The notes: a model not told the origin generated them from the sequence alone. A DNA stretch of 64,000 bases from Pseudomonadota bacterium (GCA_039028815.1 JBCCHI010000004.1:221-64220), one strand, 5' to 3'; counted from the first letter of the stretch, positions 45,578 through 56,926 are shown. A program made the numbers and translations.

Positions 45578-46527
45578 GCGCTGACCTCCGCTGACCGCTG
45601 CGCAGTTCGCGCGCGCACCAGAAGATCCATCGCCGCCATGCGCACGGCCACGCCCATCTCGACCTGCTCCTGAATGACTGATCTGTTGATGTCGTCCGCC
45701 AGTTCTCCGTCGATCTCGACGCCCCGGTTCATCGGACCGGGATGCATTACAATCGCGTCGGATCGCGCCGCGGACAGTTTCCGGGAATCCAGCCCGTAGC
45801 GGTGATAATATTCGCGCTCTGACGGAATGAACCCGCCGTCCATGCGTTCGCGTTGCAACCGGAGCATCATCACAACATCGGCGTCGGCCAGCCCTTCGGA
45901 CATCGAATCCGTTACAGTTGCCCCCATCTGCGACGCGCCCGCAGGCATCAGCGTGGGGGGACCGATCAGGCGCACTGCGTTGTTCATGCGCGAAAGCAGC
46001 GCAATGTTTGACCGTGCAACGCGGCTATGGGCGATATCACCGCAAATCGCCACGGTAAGTCCGCTCAGACGCTTTTTGGCGCGCCTTATGGTTAGCGCGT
46101 CAAGCAGCGCCTGCGTGGGGTGTTCATGCTTGCCATCGCCTGCATTGATCACCGCGCAGTTGACCTTTTGTGCCAGCAGATCGACCGCGCCGGAATGCGG
46201 ATGGCGCACGACCAGAAGGTCTGGATGCATGGCATTGAGCGTCAGTGCCGTATCGATCAGCGTCTCCCCCTTTCGGATAGACGAGGCCTGCATCGCCATG
46301 TTCATCACATCCGCGCCCAGTCTTTTGCCGGCCAGTTCGAAACTGGATTGCGTGCGGGTGGAGTTCTCAAAGAACATGTTGATCTGGGTGAGGCCCGCCA
46401 GCGCATCGCTTCGCTTCACGGCTCTGCGGTTCAGCGCAACGTATTGCTCGGCGAGATCAAGAATGGCGGTGATATCATCACAGGACAGCGGTTCTATGCC
46501 AAGCAGGTGCTGGTGATCGAAACCCAT
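45574..46527 (-). CDS. pyrB: Aspartate carbamoyltransferase catalytic subunit
   Basis: [34 protein letters not shown] 46527 ([12 protein letters not shown]). Confidence 0.93.
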   Translation of the reverse strand: MGFDHQHLLGIEPLSCDDITAILDLAEQYVALNRRAVKRSDALAGLTQINMFFENSTRTQSSFELAGKRLGADVMNMAMQASSIRKGETLIDTALTLNAMHPDLLVVRHPHSGAVDLLAQKVNCAVINAGDGKHEHPTQALLDALTIRRAKKRLSGLTVAICGDIAHSRVARSNIALLSRMNNAVRLIGPPTLMPAGASQMGATVTDSMSEGLADADVVMMLRLQRERMDGGFIPSEREYYHRYGLDSRKLSAARSDAIVMHPGPMNRGVEIDGELADDINRSVIQEQVEMGVAVRMAAMDLLVRARTAQRSAEVSA

Positions 46528-46659
46528 CCGCCGCCCTCGTGTCGTGACTATATGCTCTATAGAAAATCCATCCGCCGGGGGCAATCGCCAAACCAGGCCC
46601 CGGACCGGTGGCAAACATACGGCTTTTCCCGGACAGGCGCAGGAGCTACATCATGAAAC

Positions 46660-47442
46660 ATGACGCTTACCCGTGATCAGGCGCGCGCAATGCTGGAATG
46701 GCAGATCGAACTTGGCGCAGACGAAGCGATCGGTGACACGCCGGTTGACCGGTACAGCCTGCCCGATCAGAGCCCGTCGAGGCGCCCCGGACCGACACGG
46801 AAGGACGCCGTCCCATCGCCGGGCTCGTCGACCGAAAAACCGGATGCCGTTGCCGAGGCACGCGCGGCGGCGGACAACGCCGGATCGCTTGACGATCTGC
46901 GGCATGCGCTGGAGACCTACCCGCATTGCGAGCTTCGACGCGGGGCGCGCAACCTTGTTTTTTCCGACGGCGCGGCAATGGCCCGCGTGATGATCATAGG
47001 CGAGGCGCCGGGCCGCGACGAAGACCGTGAAGGCCGTCCCTTTGTCGGACGTGCCGGGCAACTGCTCGATCGTATGCTGGGCGCGATCGGTCTGGACCGC
47101 CAGGCAGACACGCCCGAGCGCGCGGTCTACATCACAAACGTTCTGCCGTGGCGCCCGCCGCAAAACCGCGACCCGAGCAATGAAGAAATCGCGATGATGC
47201 GGCCATTCGTGGCGCGTCACGTGGCGCTGGTGCAGCCGGAGATGTTGATTCTCATGGGTAACATCAGCTGCGACGCCGGGCTGGGCCGGCGCGGGATCAC
47301 CCGGTTGCGCGGCCAGTGGACCGACGCCTACGGCACACCCGCGCTGCCCATGTTTCATCCCGCTTATCTGCTGCGCACGCCCTCGGCAAAGCGTACGGCC
47401 TGGGCGGATCTGCTCGATATACGGGCACGGCTCGATTCATGA
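46660..47442 (+). CDS. Uracil-DNA glycosylase, family 4
   Basis: IIGEAPGRDEDREGRPFVGRAGQLLD and HPAYLLR motifs. Confidence 0.88.
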   Translation: MTLTRDQARAMLEWQIELGADEAIGDTPVDRYSLPDQSPSRRPGPTRKDAVPSPGSSTEKPDAVAEARAAADNAGSLDDLRHALETYPHCELRRGARNLVFSDGAAMARVMIIGEAPGRDEDREGRPFVGRAGQLLDRMLGAIGLDRQADTPERAVYITNVLPWRPPQNRDPSNEEIAMMRPFVARHVALVQPEMLILMGNISCDAGLGRRGITRLRGQWTDAYGTPALPMFHPAYLLRTPSAKRTAWADLLDIRARLDS

Positions 47443-48041
47443 AGGTTCTGGCCTTCTCCGATCTGCATCTGGCACGCGCGCCTGCGACAGAACTGGTTGC
47501 GGTCAGCGCGGATGCAGACCTGGTGATCGGTGCGGGCGACTTCTGCAACCACCGTACCGGTCTTGAGGATGCGATGGAGATGCTGGCAGGGATATCGGCG
47601 CCGTTCGTCGTTGTCCCCGGCAACGCCGAAAGCGCGCCCGAGTTGCGCAAGGCCGCCGGCGCCGGCACGCATGTTCTGCATGGCAGTGGTGTCGAGATCG
47701 ACGGTCTGTCTCTTTTCGGGCTGGGATACGGTGTGCCGCCAACGCCCTTTGGCGACTGGTCCTGCGACTTGACGGAAAAAGAAGCAGAGGTGCTGCTGGC
47801 GCCGTGCGATCAGGCCGATATCCTTGTGTTGCATTCACCACCCAGGGGTCTGGGCGACGTTACGGGCACGGGCGCATCTGTCGGGTCTGACGCGATCCGT
47901 GACGCGATCTTGCGGATCGCACCACGCCTTGCCGTGTGCGGCCATATCCACGACAGCTGGGGTGCGCGCGGCATGCTCGGCGTTTCGGAAGTGGCCAATC
48001 TCGGGCCGCGCCCGAACTGGTTTGACATCTCGTGTAGCTGA
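47439..48041 (+). CDS. Metallophosphoesterase
   Basis: ATG overlaps the UDG stop (ATGA). MKVLAFSDLHL, GAGDF, GNAE, CGHIH motifs. Confidence 0.8.
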   Translation: MKVLAFSDLHLARAPATELVAVSADADLVIGAGDFCNHRTGLEDAMEMLAGISAPFVVVPGNAESAPELRKAAGAGTHVLHGSGVEIDGLSLFGLGYGVPPTPFGDWSCDLTEKEAEVLLAPCDQADILVLHSPPRGLGDVTGTGASVGSDAIRDAILRIAPRLAVCGHIHDSWGARGMLGVSEVANLGPRPNWFDISCS

Positions 48042-48056
48042 AAAGGTCCGATTCAT

Positions 48057-48599
48057 ATGTCCCGCATTGATGACACGCTCGAATTCGTACCCGTCCGAAT
48101 CGCGCTAATGACGGTCAGCGACACCCGCAACGCAAGCGACGACCGATCCGGCGACGTCCTGGCCGGGCGCATTGAGACGGCGGGGCATGTGCTTGTCGAG
48201 CGCACGATCCTGCACGACGAACGTGCCGATATCAGCGCGCAGCTACGCCTTTGGATCAGTGACCCCGAGATTGATGTGGTCATCACCACAGGTGGCACGG
48301 GGCTGACGGGCCGCGACGTGACCGTCGAGGCACATCGCGATGTGTACGAAAAGGAAATCGACGCCTTTGGCACGGTCTTTGCAATGGTTTCCATGACCAA
48401 GATTGGCACCAGTGCGGTGCAGTCGCGCGCCACGGGCGGGGTCGCCGGCGGCACCTATCTCTTTGCCCTGCCCGGCAGCCCGGGGGCGTGCAAGGATGCC
48501 TGGGACGACATTCTGGAGAAGCAGTTCGATTATCGTCACCGGCCCTGCAATTTCGTCGAAATCATGCCCCGCCTCGACGAACATCTGCGACGGAAATAG
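48057..48599 (+). CDS. moaB: Molybdenum cofactor biosynthesis protein B
   Basis: RIALMTVSDTR...VVITTGGTGLTGRDVT. Confidence 0.88.
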   Translation: MSRIDDTLEFVPVRIALMTVSDTRNASDDRSGDVLAGRIETAGHVLVERTILHDERADISAQLRLWISDPEIDVVITTGGTGLTGRDVTVEAHRDVYEKEIDAFGTVFAMVSMTKIGTSAVQSRATGGVAGGTYLFALPGSPGACKDAWDDILEKQFDYRHRPCNFVEIMPRLDEHLRRK

Positions 48600-48694
48600 A
48601 AAGCTGTCGCGTTTCATCCGGGCAAACCCGGCGATCGTATCTATCTTATATGACAGCCAGTCCGTGACTGTGGACACGCCAAGGACGATGACAG

Positions 48695-50152
48695 ATGCGC
48701 TTTCTGCGACAGAGTTTGACCGGCCTGCTGATGCTCTCGCTTACTGCGGGGCTCTTGTTCTATGCCGGGTACAGCATTTATCAGGCACTCGCGATCCGTG
48801 CGGCAGAGTCTCCCACTCCACCCCCAAGGCGCGAGCGCGTCTTCGTCGTGAACACGGTGACAGCCCGGCCCGGCCCGGAAACGCCCGTACTTGAAGTTTT
48901 CGGAGAAATCGAAAGCGCGCGCGTGCTCGAAATCCGGACTCGATCGGGCGGTGTTCTGGTTGAAGTTTCGGATGTGCTGGAAAACGGCGCGCGGGTGCGG
49001 GCGGGGCAGTTCCTGGCCAGGGTGGATCCGGCCGAGGCACAGTTCGCTCTTGATCGCAGCGAGGCCGATCTGACGGACGCGCGTGCCGAGGTGCGCGAAG
49101 CGGAACGTGGTCTGACACTGGCGCGCGACGAACTGGCGGCAGCCCGGCAGCAGTCGGGTCTTCGTGACCGCGCGCTTGCCCGGCAACGAGACCTTGAAAC
49201 ACGCGGCGTCGGGACGTCAGCGGCTGTTGAACTGGCAGAGTTGGAAGCCTTCCAGGCGGATCAGACCGTGCTGACCTTGCGTCAGGGCGAAGCTGCGGCA
49301 GAGGCCCGCGTGGATCAGGCGCAAACGCGGCTGGCGCGTGCACGCACAGCATTCGCCGAAGCAGGAAAACGTCTGGAAGACACGACAATTGTGGCGAACT
49401 TCGATGGTGTTCTGCAGGATGTCGCGGTGGTTCAGGGCCGGTTCGTTGCCGCCAACGAACGGATTGCCACACTGGTCGATGACGCGGCGCTCGACGTGGC
49501 ATTCCGGGTCTCGACCGCACAGTACGCCCGGTTGCTGGATGACACCGGGCATCTTGTGCGGGCACCGGTGACCGTCAGGCTTGACGCGTTTGGCCTTGCG
49601 ATCGAGGCGCCCGGCTCGATCACCCGCGACAGCGCCTCCGTGGGCGTCTCTGAAACCGGGCGGTTGCTCTATGCCCGCCTGGACAAGACACAGGGTCTGA
49701 AGCCCGGCGACTTTGTAACGGTTCGGATCGAGGAGCCGCAGCTTGAAAATGTTGTGCGGCTGCCCGCCACGGCGCTTGGACCGGACGGCGACATTCTGAT
49801 CGTCGCCCAGGACAGCCGCGTGCAGACGCAGCCTGTGACCCTGGTCCGTCGTCAGCGTGACACCGTTCTCGTTCGCGGCGACAATCTGCAGGGGGTTGAG
49901 GTTGTGGCGCAGCGCACCCCTGTGCTGGGCGCGGGCGTCAGGGTTCGTGTCCAGCCGATGAGCATCGGGCCCGGTCTGTCCGATGCACGCTTTGTAACTC
50001 TGGCGGAAGATCGCCGCACGCGTCTGATTGCGCATGTCGAAGCAAGCGGCGACATGGCGGACGAGGTCAAGGCCCGTCTGATCGAAGAGTTGCAGGCACC
50101 GCAGGTCTCGCGCCGGACAATCGAGCGTCTCGAACAACGGATCGGGGGCTAG
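48695..50152 (+). CDS. RND efflux periplasmic adaptor (HlyD/MFP family)
   Basis: N-terminal TM, long coiled-coil (AEAQFALDRSEADL...), beta-barrel region. Immediately upstream of the RND pump. Confidence 0.8.
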   Translation: MRFLRQSLTGLLMLSLTAGLLFYAGYSIYQALAIRAAESPTPPPRRERVFVVNTVTARPGPETPVLEVFGEIESARVLEIRTRSGGVLVEVSDVLENGARVRAGQFLARVDPAEAQFALDRSEADLTDARAEVREAERGLTLARDELAAARQQSGLRDRALARQRDLETRGVGTSAAVELAELEAFQADQTVLTLRQGEAAAEARVDQAQTRLARARTAFAEAGKRLEDTTIVANFDGVLQDVAVVQGRFVAANERIATLVDDAALDVAFRVSTAQYARLLDDTGHLVRAPVTVRLDAFGLAIEAPGSITRDSASVGVSETGRLLYARLDKTQGLKPGDFVTVRIEEPQLENVVRLPATALGPDGDILIVAQDSRVQTQPVTLVRRQRDTVLVRGDNLQGVEVVAQRTPVLGAGVRVRVQPMSIGPGLSDARFVTLAEDRRTRLIAHVEASGDMADEVKARLIEELQAPQVSRRTIERLEQRIGG

Positions 50153-50155
50153 CGG

Positions 50156-53100
50156 GTGACAGACCCGGCACGCAACTGGACCCCTGTTGGCGGCGTCATC
50201 GGATGGTTCACGCGTCATCGCACCGCCGCCAATCTTCTGATGGTGCTTGTCGTTGTGCTGGGGATTGCCGCGATGCCGCGCATGCAGGCCCAGTTCTTTC
50301 CCGATGTGGTGGTCGATAACGTCTCTGTTTCCGTCACATGGGAAGGCGCCAGCGCCGAGGATATGGATGGGGCGATCGTCCAGATCCTTTCACCGGCCCT
50401 GCGCGAGGTCGAAGGGGTGACTGAAACCGTCGCCGTCAGTCGCGAGCAATCTTCGACCATAACGCTGGACTTCGAGCCGGGGTGGGACATGGGGCGCGCG
50501 ACGGACGAGGTTCAGGCGGCCGTGGACGCTGTCACCGAGCTGCCGGCGGATGCTGACGTACCAAGGATAGCACGAGCGGCCTGGCGCGACCGGGTGACAG
50601 ATGTTGTTGTGACAGGGCCTTTCCCTGTGGAGCAGCTCGGACGCTACGCGGACGAGGTGGTGAACCGGCTCTATGATGTGGGTGTCACACGAACGACGTT
50701 GCGCGGTCTGTCAGACCCGCGCCTTGCCGTCGAGGTTTCGGGCACCAGCCTGATCGAACACGATATCACACTCGGAGAAATCGCGGCCCTTATCGCGGAA
50801 GAGGCAGACGCAGACCCCGCCGGCGACGTCACCGGGGGTGCGGCGCGCGTGCGTGTCGGCACCGAAAAGCGAACCATCCGGCAACTCAGCGATCTGGTGC
50901 TTCGGTCGACACCGGATGGCGGGCAGTTGCGGCTGGGCGATATCGCTTTGATCCTTGATGATACCGCGCAAAGCGATCGGGCCTACTTTGTCGGCGACGC
51001 GCGAGCCGTGGTGATGCGCGTGGATCGGTCCGCCGACGGCGACGCTCTGGAAATTCAGGCAAAGGTCGAAGACGTCATTGATGACATTCGGGCCACCCTG
51101 CCCGAGGGCGTGGAGATTGCGCTGATGCGCACGCGGTCCGAGGCGATTTCCAGCCGTCTTTCGGTGCTTCTGGATAACGGGCTGGCGGGCCTGGGTCTGG
51201 TGCTGGCGTTGCTGTTTCTCTTTCTCAACGCGCGCACGGCATTCTGGGTCGCGGCAGGCATTCCGGTGGCGATGATGGCGGCGATCGCGGTTATGTACGT
51301 GGCTGGCCTGACGCTGAACATGATTTCGCTGTTCGCCATGATCATCACCATCGGAATTGTGGTCGACGACGCGATTGTCGTGGGAGAGCACGCGGATGCC
51401 CGTCAGCGCAAACTGGGAGAACCGCCGGTGGTCGCCGCAGAACGCGCGGCGCGGCGCATGGCGCTGCCTGTCTTTTGTGCCACGCTGACGACTGTGATCG
51501 CGTTTTTTGGCCTGACAGTGATTGGCGGACGGTTCGGGGAGCTCATCTTTGACATTCCGCTCACCGTCATCGCGCTTTTGCTGGCCTCGCTGCTGGAGTG
51601 CTTTCTGATTCTGCCACATCACATGTCGAAGGCGCTGGCCCAATCGGCCCGCGAGCATTGGTATGACTGGCCCAGCAAACAGGTGAACCGTGGCTTCGTC
51701 TGGGTGCGGGAGCATGCCTTCCGGCCAGTCATGCATGCGGTGATAAAGGCCAGATATCCGGTGCTTGCGGCCGCTGTGGCCCTTCTGGCGTCGCAAACGG
51801 CTCTTCTGATCGACCGCGATGTGCCGTGGCGCTTTTTTAACGCGCCTGAAAGCGGAAGCGTGACCGCCAATTTCGTCATGGCCGCAGGCGCTGATCGCGG
51901 CGACAGCATGGAGATGGTGCGTGAACTGCAACGCGCCACAGAAGCGCTCGCCCGGGAGTACGAGGCACAACGCGGGGCCAACCCGCTCAGATCGGTCGTG
52001 GCACAGGTCGGCGGCAACACAGGCGGTGGTCCTGGCGATGACGGTACGCGCGACCCTGACCAGCGTGGGGCGATCACGATTGAACTGACGGATGCCGATC
52101 TGCGACCCTTCACGAGTTTTGAATTTGCCGCCGCGCTTCGGGACAAGGTGGTCCGACATCCGCTGGTCGAAGAGCTGAGTTTCCGTGGCTGGCGCAGCGG
52201 GCCCGGTGAGGATGCGCTGCGTGTCGAGTTCTTTGGGGCGCCTGTTGACGTTCTGAAATCCGCATCGCTGAGGTTGCAGGAGGATCTGATCCGTCTGCCG
52301 GAAGTCACCGGGGTGCAGGACAATCTCAGCTACGACAAAGATGAGCTGATCCTGGATCTGACGCCGCAGGGTCAGGCGCTTGGCCTGACGATAGATATGC
52401 TGGCAAGCGATTTGCGCGCACGGATCAACGGGCTCGAAGCCGCCCGCTTTCCCGTCGGGCCGCGCACCGCGGAAATTCGCGTCCTGCTGCCGGAGGAGGA
52501 GCTGACCGCAGATTTCCTGGAGCGCATTCAGATTCGGGCACCGGGCGGCACCTATGTGCCACTTGCGGATGTGGTTCGGGTTGAAAGCAGAACAGGATTC
52601 TCCACAGTCCGGCGTGAAAACGGTGTGCGACTTGTGTCGGTCACAGGCGACATTGACGAAAGCGATGCCGCCAGAGCCACAGAAATCGCCACGGTTCTCA
52701 GCGAACAGATCCTGCCCGCCATTGCCTCTGAAAAACAGGTGGACTGGCGAATGACCGGTCTCGCTGAACAGGAACGCGACTTTCTGCGAGATGCGCAAAC
52801 GGGCTTTGCGGTGACACTGATCGGAATCTATCTTGTGCTGGCCCTCGTTTTTGCAAGCTGGTCCAGACCATTGGTCGTCATGGCGGTGATCCCGTTCGGT
52901 CTGACCGGCGCAATATGGGGGCACGCCGTATGGGATGTGCCGTTCAGCATGTTTTCCGTGATCGGATTGCTTGGCCTGTCCGGCATCATCATCAACGACT
53001 CGATTGTTCTGGTGACAACGATTGACGAACACGCGACCCGGCGCGGGCTCGCGCACGCCATCGTCGAAGGCGCGGCAGACCGCTTGCGTCCGGTGATTTT

Positions 53101-53557
53101 GACCACGCTCACCACGGTTCTTGGCCTGACGCCGCTGTTGTTCGAGCAATCAACGCAAGCGCAGTTCATGAAGCCGACCGTCATCACGCTGGTTTACGGT
53201 CTGGGGTTCGGAGTGGCACTTGTTCTGCTGGTCGTGCCCGCGATCATGGCCATTCAGCACGATCTGCAACGACAGTTTCAGGCCTTGCGTCGGGGACTGA
53301 AGGCCAGCGACGGGCGGATACGTCGGACAACGCGCGCCATCGCCGGGCTGATTGCCCTTTGGTTTCTGGCCACGCTGGGTCACACAGCATTGACCGGGGA
53401 CCTGCCTGCGCCACTGGCCGGGATCTCTTCCGGTCAGGACGAGACGGCCGTGTTCGCGCTGGCACTCGGTCTTTTTTCAGCGGGTGCCGTGATACTGGCG
53501 ATTTGCGGGTACGCCGTTGGCGCCGGTTTCGAACGCAAGCGGCCTCAGCCCGCCTGA
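50156..53557 (+). CDS. RND efflux permease (AcrB/AcrD/AcrF family)
   Basis: 1133 aa, 12-TM two-fold repeat architecture, GIVVDDAIVVGE and IIINDSIVLV motifs. Confidence 0.9.
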   Translation: MTDPARNWTPVGGVIGWFTRHRTAANLLMVLVVVLGIAAMPRMQAQFFPDVVVDNVSVSVTWEGASAEDMDGAIVQILSPALREVEGVTETVAVSREQSSTITLDFEPGWDMGRATDEVQAAVDAVTELPADADVPRIARAAWRDRVTDVVVTGPFPVEQLGRYADEVVNRLYDVGVTRTTLRGLSDPRLAVEVSGTSLIEHDITLGEIAALIAEEADADPAGDVTGGAARVRVGTEKRTIRQLSDLVLRSTPDGGQLRLGDIALILDDTAQSDRAYFVGDARAVVMRVDRSADGDALEIQAKVEDVIDDIRATLPEGVEIALMRTRSEAISSRLSVLLDNGLAGLGLVLALLFLFLNARTAFWVAAGIPVAMMAAIAVMYVAGLTLNMISLFAMIITIGIVVDDAIVVGEHADARQRKLGEPPVVAAERAARRMALPVFCATLTTVIAFFGLTVIGGRFGELIFDIPLTVIALLLASLLECFLILPHHMSKALAQSAREHWYDWPSKQVNRGFVWVREHAFRPVMHAVIKARYPVLAAAVALLASQTALLIDRDVPWRFFNAPESGSVTANFVMAAGADRGDSMEMVRELQRATEALAREYEAQRGANPLRSVVAQVGGNTGGGPGDDGTRDPDQRGAITIELTDADLRPFTSFEFAAALRDKVVRHPLVEELSFRGWRSGPGEDALRVEFFGAPVDVLKSASLRLQEDLIRLPEVTGVQDNLSYDKDELILDLTPQGQALGLTIDMLASDLRARINGLEAARFPVGPRTAEIRVLLPEEELTADFLERIQIRAPGGTYVPLADVVRVESRTGFSTVRRENGVRLVSVTGDIDESDAARATEIATVLSEQILPAIASEKQVDWRMTGLAEQERDFLRDAQTGFAVTLIGIYLVLALVFASWSRPLVVMAVIPFGLTGAIWGHAVWDVPFSMFSVIGLLGLSGIIINDSIVLVTTIDEHATRRGLAHAIVEGAADRLRPVILTTLTTVLGLTPLLFEQSTQAQFMKPTVITLVYGLGFGVALVLLVVPAIMAIQHDLQRQFQALRRGLKASDGRIRRTTRAIAGLIALWFLATLGHTALTGDLPAPLAGISSGQDETAVFALALGLFSAGAVILAICGYAVGAGFERKRPQPA

Positions 53558-54354
53558 CAGCCCTTTATGTCCACGGCCTTGCTGCGTCCGAGAACCGTGA
53601 TCCTCAGATCCGAACGATCCAGCGCAAAACTGCCACCATCCACATGGTGCAATGTCGTCTCTGCAACCAGCCGGCCGCCTTCGCGCCGGGTGTCCGCCGG
53701 AGCCACCCAAACTCTGGGATTGGACGTCTCGACCACGGCCAGTTCATCGCCGCCCAACGACTTTATCTCTATGTCAGCGCGTAGTCTCAGGCCATCACTA
53801 TGCGGCGACAACCGACATTCAACCGTCCCGACCCCGGCCTCTCGCGCGGTGTAGGGGCGTTCTGCCAAAGCCGCGACGATGCGGGGATCGGGCCGCGTGC
53901 GGTCGGTCGGCAAGACCTGCGAAAGCTCAAGCCGCACCGGCACGCACACATCGCGGCACAGGCCCAACTCTACCTCTCCCTCAAGCCTGATCGGCTGGCC
54001 GCTGGCCGTCGGACGAACCCTCAAAGGCAATGTGACGCCGCCCTCGTACCCGATGGTCATGTAGCGCCCCTGCTTGATCGGGTTGGGGGCGGGCCATTCG
54101 ACCTCGACCTTTTCCAGGTTATGAGAACCCTGCCAGCTGAAACTGGGCGGAATGCCCGCATCGCCTGGCGCGCGCCAATAGGTCTTCCAACCGGGCGCCA
54201 ATTCAAGCCGGAGCGCCGCCATATGATCGCCGTCAGCCGCGCGCCATCCCTGCACGATCGTCGCCTTGATAGCGTCTTCGATCGACTGGGCCCCCGATGT
54301 CGTGGCCGTGGCAGCGAACAGACAAACTGCCAAAAAGTGAAGTGTCCTGAACAT
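53545..54354 (-). CDS. DsbD N-terminal-domain-like periplasmic protein
   Basis: Signal peptide. GWKTYWRAPGDAGIPPSFSW motif typical of DsbD/ScsB-type N-terminal domains. Confidence 0.65.
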   Translation of the reverse strand: MFRTLHFLAVCLFAATATTSGAQSIEDAIKATIVQGWRAADGDHMAALRLELAPGWKTYWRAPGDAGIPPSFSWQGSHNLEKVEVEWPAPNPIKQGRYMTIGYEGGVTLPLRVRPTASGQPIRLEGEVELGLCRDVCVPVRLELSQVLPTDRTRPDPRIVAALAERPYTAREAGVGTVECRLSPHSDGLRLRADIEIKSLGGDELAVVETSNPRVWVAPADTRREGGRLVAETTLHHVDGGSFALDRSDLRITVLGRSKAVDIKGCQAG

Positions 54355-54495
54355 TGCGCGACCATGACGACCGCCGCGTGAAATGCCAACTCACATTCAA
54401 GCGAGAAAACGCGATCGGGATGTGTCTGGCCTCTTGCAGGCTTTCGCGCCGACCTCCATGCTCTACATCTGTCGTGAACGAGCGAGGCGCGCACC

Positions 54496-55065
54496 ATGAC
54501 GGTTGGCGAAATTGAGTTAAATGGCAAACTGCTCGTGGCGATGCCCGGCATGGGTGATCCCCGTTTCGAGAAGTCTGTCGTGTTCATGTGCGCGCATTCC
54601 GACGAGGGCGCAATGGGCCTGATCGTGAATCGCCGCGCCGACAATCTGCGGCTGCGCGACCTATTCGATCAACTGGATATCGACACGACACGTGAAGCGC
54701 GCGACATGCCTGTCCACTTCGGGGGTCCGGTGGAACACGGTCGGGGCTTTGTGCTGCATGACTTTGGCTATCATTCGGCCATTTCCACGCTGGATGTGAA
54801 CAGCGATTTCGCGATGACAGCCACGCTGGACATTCTGGAGGACCTTGCGGCGGGCCGGGGTCCCGTGCGCAATCTTGTGGCGCTCGGCTATGCCGGTTGG
54901 GGTCCGGGGCAGCTCGAATCCGAGATCGGGCAGAATGCGTGGCTGACCGTCGACGCGGACAAGGCAATTGTCTTCGATGCAAACGACGACGGCAAATGGG
55001 ATGCGGCGCTGGCCAAGCTCGGGATCAGCGCGGTGACGCTTTCCAGCGATGCCGGCCGGGCCTGA
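54496..55065 (+). CDS. YqgE/AlgH family protein (UPF0301)
   Basis: LLVAMPGMGDPRFEKSVVFMCAHSDEGAMGLIVNR. Confidence 0.88.
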   Translation: MTVGEIELNGKLLVAMPGMGDPRFEKSVVFMCAHSDEGAMGLIVNRRADNLRLRDLFDQLDIDTTREARDMPVHFGGPVEHGRGFVLHDFGYHSAISTLDVNSDFAMTATLDILEDLAAGRGPVRNLVALGYAGWGPGQLESEIGQNAWLTVDADKAIVFDANDDGKWDAALAKLGISAVTLSSDAGRA

Positions 55066-55117
55066 GTGGTACGGCACCGGACCGGTACATCGCGTGGCCC
55101 GTGGTAGACACAGTCCT

Positions 55118-56134
55118 TTACATCGTGCGGCGCGCAATCATATCGGGTCGCACACCGTCCGTGATCATATGTGGCGCCTGTCGAAGCGACGGCGCCTTGG
55201 TCGACCGGCCCAGTGAACGACGCATCACGACGCCCAGGACTTCAAGATTCGAGCGGAAAAACCCGGCGTCCGGCGTTGGCACCTGATCACGCACCTCGTC
55301 GGCCAGCTGCGGCAACGCATGAAAGGGGACTTGCGGATACAGGTGGTGTTCGACGTGATTGTTCATGTTCATGTAAAGGAACGCGCCAATCGGTCCTGTC
55401 ACGAAACTGCGCGTGCTTTCCAGAATCGACGGAGAGTTCTCCTGCAGCTCGACATGTTGCAGCAATGTGAAAAGCAGCATAACCGGCGCGCCCAGCACCC
55501 GGGGCACCGCGAGCAGCCAGATCGGCCACCATACGCCGAAAACCGGCGCAATCAGGATGGCCGCGTAGAGCACCAGCATGATGCGTGCGTTGCGGGTCAT
55601 CCTGGGCAGCATCGCATCGGGACATGTGTCGCGCATCATGTCGCTGTATCGCCGTGTTGCAAGCTGCACGAAGACCTGCCAGTGAAATCGCGCCAGACCC
55701 AGCCCTGTGATCTCGGTCAGCCAGCCGCGCAGATCCATAGGAGTGTCAAACGGCATCTGACTGTCGCGCCCGACATGCCACGTATACATATGGTGATTAG
55801 TATGCGTGTAGCGCCGATGCAGCGGCTCCTCCATGTAGATAAAGGAACTCACCCAGAGCACGGCCTCGTTCAGCCAGCGCGACCGAAAGGCGGTGCCATG
55901 CGCGGTTTCATGGCTGATCGCGTAGCTCGGGACGCACAGCACAATGCCCTGAAGACACATCGCAGGCAGTATCCAGAATGTGCCGACGCTCGCCAACACC
56001 GCCCAGCTTGTCAGCACCAGACACACCGCCAGTTTGGCAAGATAGATCAATCCGGGCCAATCAGACCGGGCCGACAAGTCCTTTACCGTCCGGGCGTCAA
56101 TCCTGACACCCGATGACGCAGCATTTGTGCGCAT
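55118..56134 (-). CDS. Fatty acid desaturase family protein
   Basis: His boxes HETAHG, HRRYTHTNHH, HVEHHL; TM segments. Confidence 0.85.
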   Translation of the reverse strand: MRTNAASSGVRIDARTVKDLSARSDWPGLIYLAKLAVCLVLTSWAVLASVGTFWILPAMCLQGIVLCVPSYAISHETAHGTAFRSRWLNEAVLWVSSFIYMEEPLHRRYTHTNHHMYTWHVGRDSQMPFDTPMDLRGWLTEITGLGLARFHWQVFVQLATRRYSDMMRDTCPDAMLPRMTRNARIMLVLYAAILIAPVFGVWWPIWLLAVPRVLGAPVMLLFTLLQHVELQENSPSILESTRSFVTGPIGAFLYMNMNNHVEHHLYPQVPFHALPQLADEVRDQVPTPDAGFFRSNLEVLGVVMRRSLGRSTKAPSLRQAPHMITDGVRPDMIARRTM

Positions 56135-56161
56135 GTGAGCCTCCGTACGCTCTGGATTCGA

Positions 56162-56926
56162 TCAGGTCGCGTAGTCGCTTTTTTCAGAGTCGAGAATCGT
56201 CTTCAGCTCTGCCAGATGCCGTTCATCCTGTTCGGGATACTGCTCCAGTTCCTGTGCGGTCTTCTCCGCGATCTCATCAGAGAGCACCCGCAGTTTCTGG
56301 CCGGTCTGCAGCGCGCGGATATACGTTTCGGCAGCGCGTTCGAAATAATACATCCGATTGAAGCACTGGGCGACAGTGTCGCCCGCGACCAGGATGCCGT
56401 GATTGCCCATGATCATGACCTTCTTCGAGGGGTCGCTGAGCATTGCGGCGCACCGCTCGCCTTCTTCTTCAAAAGCCAGACCACCATAGGCATCGTCAAT
56501 CACCGTGCGGTTGTAGAAGATCGCGCAATTCTGATCGATCGGCGGCAACGTGCTGTCGGCCAGGCTGGCCAGAACAGTGGCATGGATGGAATGCACGTGC
56601 ATCAGGCACCGATGGTGGGGGCAATGGCGATGTACGGATCCGTGCAGTCCCCACGCCGTCGGATCGGGTGCATCCGGGCGATTCAGCGTTTCAGGGTCGT
56701 TGGCGTCCAGTTCCAGCAGTTCCGATGCCCGGATCAGACTGAAATGGCGCTGATTTGGATTGATGAGGAACCGGGTGCCATCCTCACTCACGGCAAAGCT
56801 GAAATGATTGGCCACACCTTCGTGCATTTTGAGACGCGCGGTCCAGCGGAACGCCGCAGCAAGGTCAACACGGTCCTGCCAATGCGTGATGTTCGGTTGA
56901 GCAGTCTGGCTGTGAGCTGGCCGCAT
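56162..56926 (-). CDS. Class II aldolase/adducin family protein
   Basis: HxH-type metal site region GLHGSVHRHCPHHRCLMHVHS, length about 250 aa. Confidence 0.75.
   Translation of the reverse strand: MRPAHSQTAQPNITHWQDRVDLAAAFRWTARLKMHEGVANHFSFAVSEDGTRFLINPNQRHFSLIRASELLELDANDPETLNRPDAPDPTAWGLHGSVHRHCPHHRCLMHVHSIHATVLASLADSTLPPIDQNCAIFYNRTVIDDAYGGLAFEEEGERCAAMLSDPSKKVMIMGNHGILVAGDTVAQCFNRMYYFERAAETYIRALQTGQKLRVLSDEIAEKTAQELEQYPEQDERHLAELKTILDSEKSDYAT

Noticed and set aside
50711-53149. 812-aa ORF on the minus strand
   Set aside because: It is antisense to the RND permease and has low-complexity Arg/His/Gly-rich composition. The plus strand has the full 12-TM AcrB-type architecture.
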